Assembly (NCBI GenBank): GCA_050014195.1
Contig: JBEKDT010000013.1
Location: 85,025 to 149,024 of the forward strand
Length of the DNA: 64,000 nucleotides
Reading direction: 5' to 3'
Source: Desulfomonilia bacterium
GTDB lineage: Bacteria; Desulfobacterota; Desulfomonilia; UBA1062
Shown one piece after another: positions 60,547 through 64,000 of this stretch. The notes under the pieces were generated by a model that made no database searches, had not been told where the DNA came from, and worked only from the letters and a program-made list of their open reading frames with translations. The position numbers were made by a program, and so were the translations under genes. The number at the start of each line of letters is the position of its first letter. Positions within the stretch are counted from its first letter, which is position 1.

Positions 60547-60954
60547 TTAAATACCAATTTCTTTTATTAACGCTGAAGCCGAAGGAAGGAGAGCTGCAAT
60601 GTTACCAGTAGAAGCAGCAACATAAATAGCGCCGCCAAATGCAACGGCTTTTGTAGCTATACTGATTGCATGCTTAATATCTTGTATTTTCTTTGCAGCA
60701 GCCTGCATAGATGATGTGGCATCTTTCAGGACATCTATATCTTGCTCCATTAACTTTACTTTTATCAACACAGATCTTGCATTCAAGTCACTTGCAGTAT
60801 TAAAGAGTGTCCACTGATTATTCTCCAAATCTGAACGCTGTTTCGCGGACAGCTCGTCCCAATGGTCATATCGATAATTTCCTAATATCACTGACAAGGT
60901 ATGAAAAGCTTTAGACAACTCGAATAGTTCTTCAGCAGTAAGTACTCTGTTCAT
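60547..60954 (-). CDS. Hypothetical helical protein, second gene of a two-gene cassette
   Basis: AAGGAG RBS 12 nt after upstream stop; coiled-coil centre, hydrophobic Ala/Gly-rich C-terminus. Confidence 0.75.
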   Translation of the reverse strand: MNRVLTAEELFELSKAFHTLSVILGNYRYDHWDELSAKQRSDLENNQWTLFNTASDLNARSVLIKVKLMEQDIDVLKDATSSMQAAAKKIQDIKHAISIATKAVAFGGAIYVAASTGNIAALLPSASALIKEIGI

Positions 60955-60966
60955 TGCATAATCTCC

Positions 60967-61806
60967 TTATTTAGTTAGAAATGCATCCTGTACCTCTTTG
61001 ATAACAGGCTTTGCTTCTTCAACAAAACTACGAACAAAAGCAGCGACCTCTTTGCCAGTAAGCTTTTCGGCATCTTTCTTAAGCTTTGTATGCGTTGAGC
61101 CGATCTCTCGTATGTTCTTTGCAAGATCCTTAACTGCATTTAGCTTTGCATCGAGTTCTGCTCTGTCTTTCCATTGGGCTTTAGAATACGCTTCCCATTC
61201 AAGCGGCTTTTCAGTGCGTGCAGCTCTTTCAACTCTTTTGTATCCATCTTCCCACGCTGAAATTTCCATTTCAATGGCAGTTGAATAATTTTTTTCGATG
61301 ATGCTAGATAGAGTTTCAGTCACCGTGGTTATCGATGTATCGCTTTCCCTGATAAAATTACCAACTTGCTGTTGCTGGTATGCACTTGTCGCTGCTTTTG
61401 AAATAAGCTTTGCTAAGCTTCCAACAGCATCAACCTTGTTTTCTTCGAGGCCTTTCACCTTTAACCCCTTTATTTCTGTTGTCATTGCATCGATGTCAGT
61501 GTCGTAACTTACAAGTTCATCTGCTGCAAGAGCACCAAGAGCCACTGCATATTCGTCTAACACATTAGACACCGTTAGAATTGCCTTTGATGCCTCCTGC
61601 TCGGTCTTACAATCACTGTGGCTGTTTAATGGCTTAAAGCTATTAGTTCTAGTACATGAGGCATAAAAGTCTTTTGCAACTGGCTTGACACTTTCTATGG
61701 TTGACTGAGAGTATGAAGCATACTTTTGAACAGCCTCCATAGAAGTACAACCAGACATGAATAATATGAGAATGATAGACTGAGTAAGGCAAAAAAATCT
61801 TCTCAT
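60967..61806 (-). CDS. Hypothetical alpha-helical lipoprotein, first gene of a two-gene cassette
   Basis: AGGAG RBS before ATG 61806; MRRFF...LFMSGC lipobox; the ORF-track extension to 62124 crosses an attC. Confidence 0.78.
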   Translation of the reverse strand: MRRFFCLTQSIILILFMSGCTSMEAVQKYASYSQSTIESVKPVAKDFYASCTRTNSFKPLNSHSDCKTEQEASKAILTVSNVLDEYAVALGALAADELVSYDTDIDAMTTEIKGLKVKGLEENKVDAVGSLAKLISKAATSAYQQQQVGNFIRESDTSITTVTETLSSIIEKNYSTAIEMEISAWEDGYKRVERAARTEKPLEWEAYSKAQWKDRAELDAKLNAVKDLAKNIREIGSTHTKLKKDAEKLTGKEVAAFVRSFVEEAKPVIKEVQDAFLTK

Positions 61807-61836
61807 AACTTTGATCTCCTTTCTACTAATGTTCTT

Positions 61837-61925
61837 GCATAACCTAACGATGAGCGGCCCGCGGTCACGGATGCTTGCCGTGAGCTGGCCGCTTCCCGCG
61901 GGTCCGCCCCATCGCCGGGTTGGGC
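61837..61925 (-). mobile_element. Integron attC site (89 bp)
   Basis: Minus strand GCCCAAC...GATGGGGCGGACCCGCGG / CCGCGGGCCGCTCATC...GTTATGC; its R' complements the R'' of the next attC. Confidence 0.85.
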
Positions 61926-62023
61926 GGCGCCTAGCGTTGCAATTGCCCCGAGGCAGAGGTCGAGATAGCCGACAAGATTGTCTCTGAAAGGCGAAGTGAT
62001 TCGCCGTTGCTTCAGACCCGGAT

Positions 62024-62767
62024 TCATTTCTTCTTCGAGATATCGCGGACCGCGAGGTGCCTGCCGCTCTTGAAGAGCTTACGCAGCGGCTCCGGCAAAA
62101 CCGCCAGCAGCACGTCCAGTGCAAAGCCTTTTGCCCGCTTGAAGCCGAGCTCGTCGCTTAGCTGCCACACCGGATCGTCGCCCTTGTATTTTTCGCCGAA
62201 CTTAATGACTGACTCCAGAAACATGGCGACTGAGGTGATGGCGCCATCGTTTTCCATGTGCTCGAAGTTGCAGGCGATCACGGCACCGAAGTCCAGCTCC
62301 TGGCTCATGGTGCTGCGATCGCCACGCGCTGCGAAGAGCAGGATGTCGCTGCCACCCGCGTAGGTCCACGCAGTGCGCTCTTCCATCTCCCTGCGAAGCG
62401 AATCGAAGGCCTCCGGGCTGAAAGACCATTCGTCTTGGTCGTCGAACTTGACGACGGCCTTGCGATCGCGATCGCCGTCTGCGGCCCAGTCTGAGCCGTA
62501 GCCGGCGAAGAAAAAGTCGACGAAGCCGCCCGAGCGAAAGTCGTAGTATGGCAAGTCCCTGATGATCTCGTCGGCGTACTTCGAACCGGGCCGGCAGAAC
62601 ACGATGCCGATCAGCCTAGAGGTGCTCTTGCTCGGTGGCTGGTCGTCGAGACTCCCGGCGCCGAACACCTCCTTCGGCTGTATTCCGACGTCAGCTCCCT
62701 GCGAATAAAGGGCGAGCGACTCGAAGAGTTCTTTGTAGATGGCGTCGATAGAAGGTGGTTTGCGCAC
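62024..62767 (-). CDS. Hypothetical protein (GC-rich gene cassette, 247 aa)
   Basis: GGAGG then GTG at 62767 inside the cassette; strong GC3 codon bias; the ORF-track start at 62938 crosses an attC. Confidence 0.72.
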   Translation of the reverse strand: MRKPPSIDAIYKELFESLALYSQGADVGIQPKEVFGAGSLDDQPPSKSTSRLIGIVFCRPGSKYADEIIRDLPYYDFRSGGFVDFFFAGYGSDWAADGDRDRKAVVKFDDQDEWSFSPEAFDSLRREMEERTAWTYAGGSDILLFAARGDRSTMSQELDFGAVIACNFEHMENDGAITSVAMFLESVIKFGEKYKGDDPVWQLSDELGFKRAKGFALDVLLAVLPEPLRKLFKSGRHLAVRDISKKK

Positions 62768-62842
62768 GGTACCTCCCGAGGTATCGATGGTAAGTCTTCT
62801 CTCGGCGTGCCTATAAGCTGTCTCAGATTGTTGTCTTGCTCC

Positions 62843-62903
62843 GCCCAACGATGTGGTCACCGGCGCGAGGGGAACGAGCGTCCGGTGCACTAAAAAGTTA
62901 TCT
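62843..62903 (-). mobile_element. Integron attC site (61 bp)
   Basis: Minus strand AGATAAC...CACCGGACGCTCG / CGCGCCGGTG...GTTGGGC; the TIR gene stop TAA lies inside R''. Confidence 0.9.
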
Positions 62904-63647
62904 AGTCTTTTTGATTCTGTATCGTGAAATCTTTTCAAGTGTTGCCTTCACGAGTCCTTCATGTCCAGTCTTCTCATAGTCCAAATAGCAAATGGTCGGG
63001 ATAATACCTGGAATCTCGGTATCATCAAGCTTAACGGGAAGGATGTACTCTCTGTTCTCCATGAGCGCCCTCGCTTGGGCCGACCGCCTCTCGTGGTTGG
63101 TCCAAACTTTGATTGCATAATGTCGCGACAAAAAGATCACGCAGTAATGCGCTTTTAGCCGGTATATGGTATCAAACGTATCATAAAGATTCGTTCCCCA
63201 TAGATCGACCTCTTCAAAGTCGGCATAGAAAATGTTGAGACCCTGAGCCTTGATCGCTTCAGCATAGGACTGCACAATAGGCCTGTCTTCCGAAGCAAAG
63301 GATATGGCCAAGTCATATTGCACTTCTTGTGGACGAGACGACGGAACTGCTTCGGTTTTAGCTAAACTAATCTTTTCAACTCCAATTTGTGGCCGTTCTA
63401 AGACGCCGAGCCCATTGCAGGTCGGGCAGATAGTTACAGTCGAGACGAAAACTGCGAGGTCAGCCGATCTGATACTGCCGCGGCCACCGCAAAACTTGCA
63501 TGTCGTCAGCCTTTCCTGAGGTATGTTTAGGTCGAACTCACCAGCCCCCTTGCAGGAGGGACAAGGCTTCCTGTTGCTAACTAAACTTAATGGATCGGCC
63601 GATTGAATCGATCCGCCGCCACCACAGATTTTACACTTGATGATCAA
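62898..63647 (-). CDS. TIR-domain protein with N-terminal 4x CxxCxGxG zinc finger (gene cassette)
   Basis: CKICGGGG, CPSCKGAG, CKFCGGRG, CPTCNGLG; YDLAISFASEDR, LWG, VIFLSRHY, WTNHE, ILPV; GGAAGGA RBS and TTG start. Confidence 0.87.
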   Translation of the reverse strand: MIIKCKICGGGGSIQSADPLSLVSNRKPCPSCKGAGEFDLNIPQERLTTCKFCGGRGSIRSADLAVFVSTVTICPTCNGLGVLERPQIGVEKISLAKTEAVPSSRPQEVQYDLAISFASEDRPIVQSYAEAIKAQGLNIFYADFEEVDLWGTNLYDTFDTIYRLKAHYCVIFLSRHYAIKVWTNHERRSAQARALMENREYILPVKLDDTEIPGIIPTICYLDYEKTGHEGLVKATLEKISRYRIKKTR

Positions 63648-63669
63648 TGCTCATCCTTCCTCGACTTTA

Positions 63670-63728
63670 GGATAACGTAACGATCACCGGCGCGAGGAAC
63701 GATCGTCCAGTGGATTGATTCGTTATGC
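63670..63728 (-). mobile_element. Integron attC site (59 bp)
   Basis: Minus strand GCATAAC...CACTGGACGATCG / CGCGCCGGTG...GTTATCC; core nearly identical to the attC at 62843. Confidence 0.9.
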
Positions 63729-63876
63729 AAATTTTCATAGAACCGTCCCATTCATTCAAAACATTCAAGGCCGACGGGATTGCGCGCGAATGATTTTTTC
63801 GAACGCGCGAATCAGCGCGCGGTGGGCCGAAAGTCTGCAAACGCAGCAAGTAGCTTGGAGCGCTTGCGACAGCAAG

Positions 63877-64000
63877 TGATGTTCCCCAAGAAAAGTGGAC
63901 CACTATTTGTATTACCTTGCCAGTGCTTCATATTCAACAGGGGAACAGTAATTGATCCCCGAGTGTATCCGTTTCCTGTTGTAAAAATGGGTGATATATC
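63877..64000 (-). mobile_element. IS3-family insertion sequence, right end (continues beyond the window)
   Basis: Terminal repeat TGATGTTCCCCAAGAAAAGTGGACCAC at 63877; transposase C-terminus just inside. Confidence 0.85.
63912..63998 (-). CDS. IS3-family transposase OrfB, last 28 aa (partial)
   Basis: YITHFYNRKRIHSGINYCSPVEYEALAR*, matching the YN..R.HS.L.Y.SP.E.E ending of IS3 OrfB; not in the ORF track. Confidence 0.85.
   Translation of the reverse strand, partial: YITHFYNRKRIHSGINYCSPVEYEALAR

Noticed and set aside
61807-62124. 106-aa N-terminal extension of the lipoprotein ORF
   Set aside because: It crosses the attC at 61837-61925 and overlaps the previous cassette; RBS and lipobox point to 61806
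62768-62938. N-terminal extension of the 304-aa ORF
   Set aside because: It crosses the attC at 62843-62903 and overlaps the TIR gene; GGAGG-GTG at 62767 is the better start
62024-63647. Thoeris operon (TIR plus neighbour as ThsA)
   Set aside because: The genes are in separate cassettes divided by an attC, and the neighbour shows no SIR2, SLOG, Macro or TM features that I can recognise
63667-63903. 78-aa ORF on the minus strand
   Set aside because: It begins inside the IS3 terminal repeat and reads through an attC, so it is a chimeric frame

Overview
Bacterial chromosomal window, probably from an anaerobic Desulfobacterota/deltaproteobacterium (inferred from gene content: ETF plus membrane Fe-S oxidoreductase, ADP-forming acyl-CoA ligase, class II RNR). 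It has three parts. (1) 1-16.6 kb is a mostly AT-rich surface-glycosylation locus: fcl fragment, three GT2s, WecD/WecE-like genes, methyltransferases, two TMTC-like GT-C/TPR proteins, a YfhO-like GT-C and two lipoproteins. (2) 16.8-58.8 kb is core metabolism and housekeeping: etfBA with an Fe-S oxidoreductase, tRNA-Val(GAC)-thrS-infC-rpmI-rplT-pheST, mazG, a TetR/HlyD/ABC-2 exporter, a LonC-type protease, acyl-CoA dehydrogenase, nrdJ, bcp and an M20 hydrolase. (3) 59-64 kb is an accessory region on the minus strand containing an integron-type cassette array with four attC sites; no integrase is in the window. Its cassettes carry a zinc-finger (4x CxxCxGxG)-TIR fusion, a GC-rich hypothetical gene, a lipoprotein plus helical-protein pair and a decayed gene. 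An IS3-family end interrupts the right-most cassette. At the distal end, a 4TM-PASTA gene is bracketed by a different ~21-bp repeat family (TGTCCCCGGA core) instead of attC sites. All calls are by eye from the sequence and ORF track; no database searches were run.
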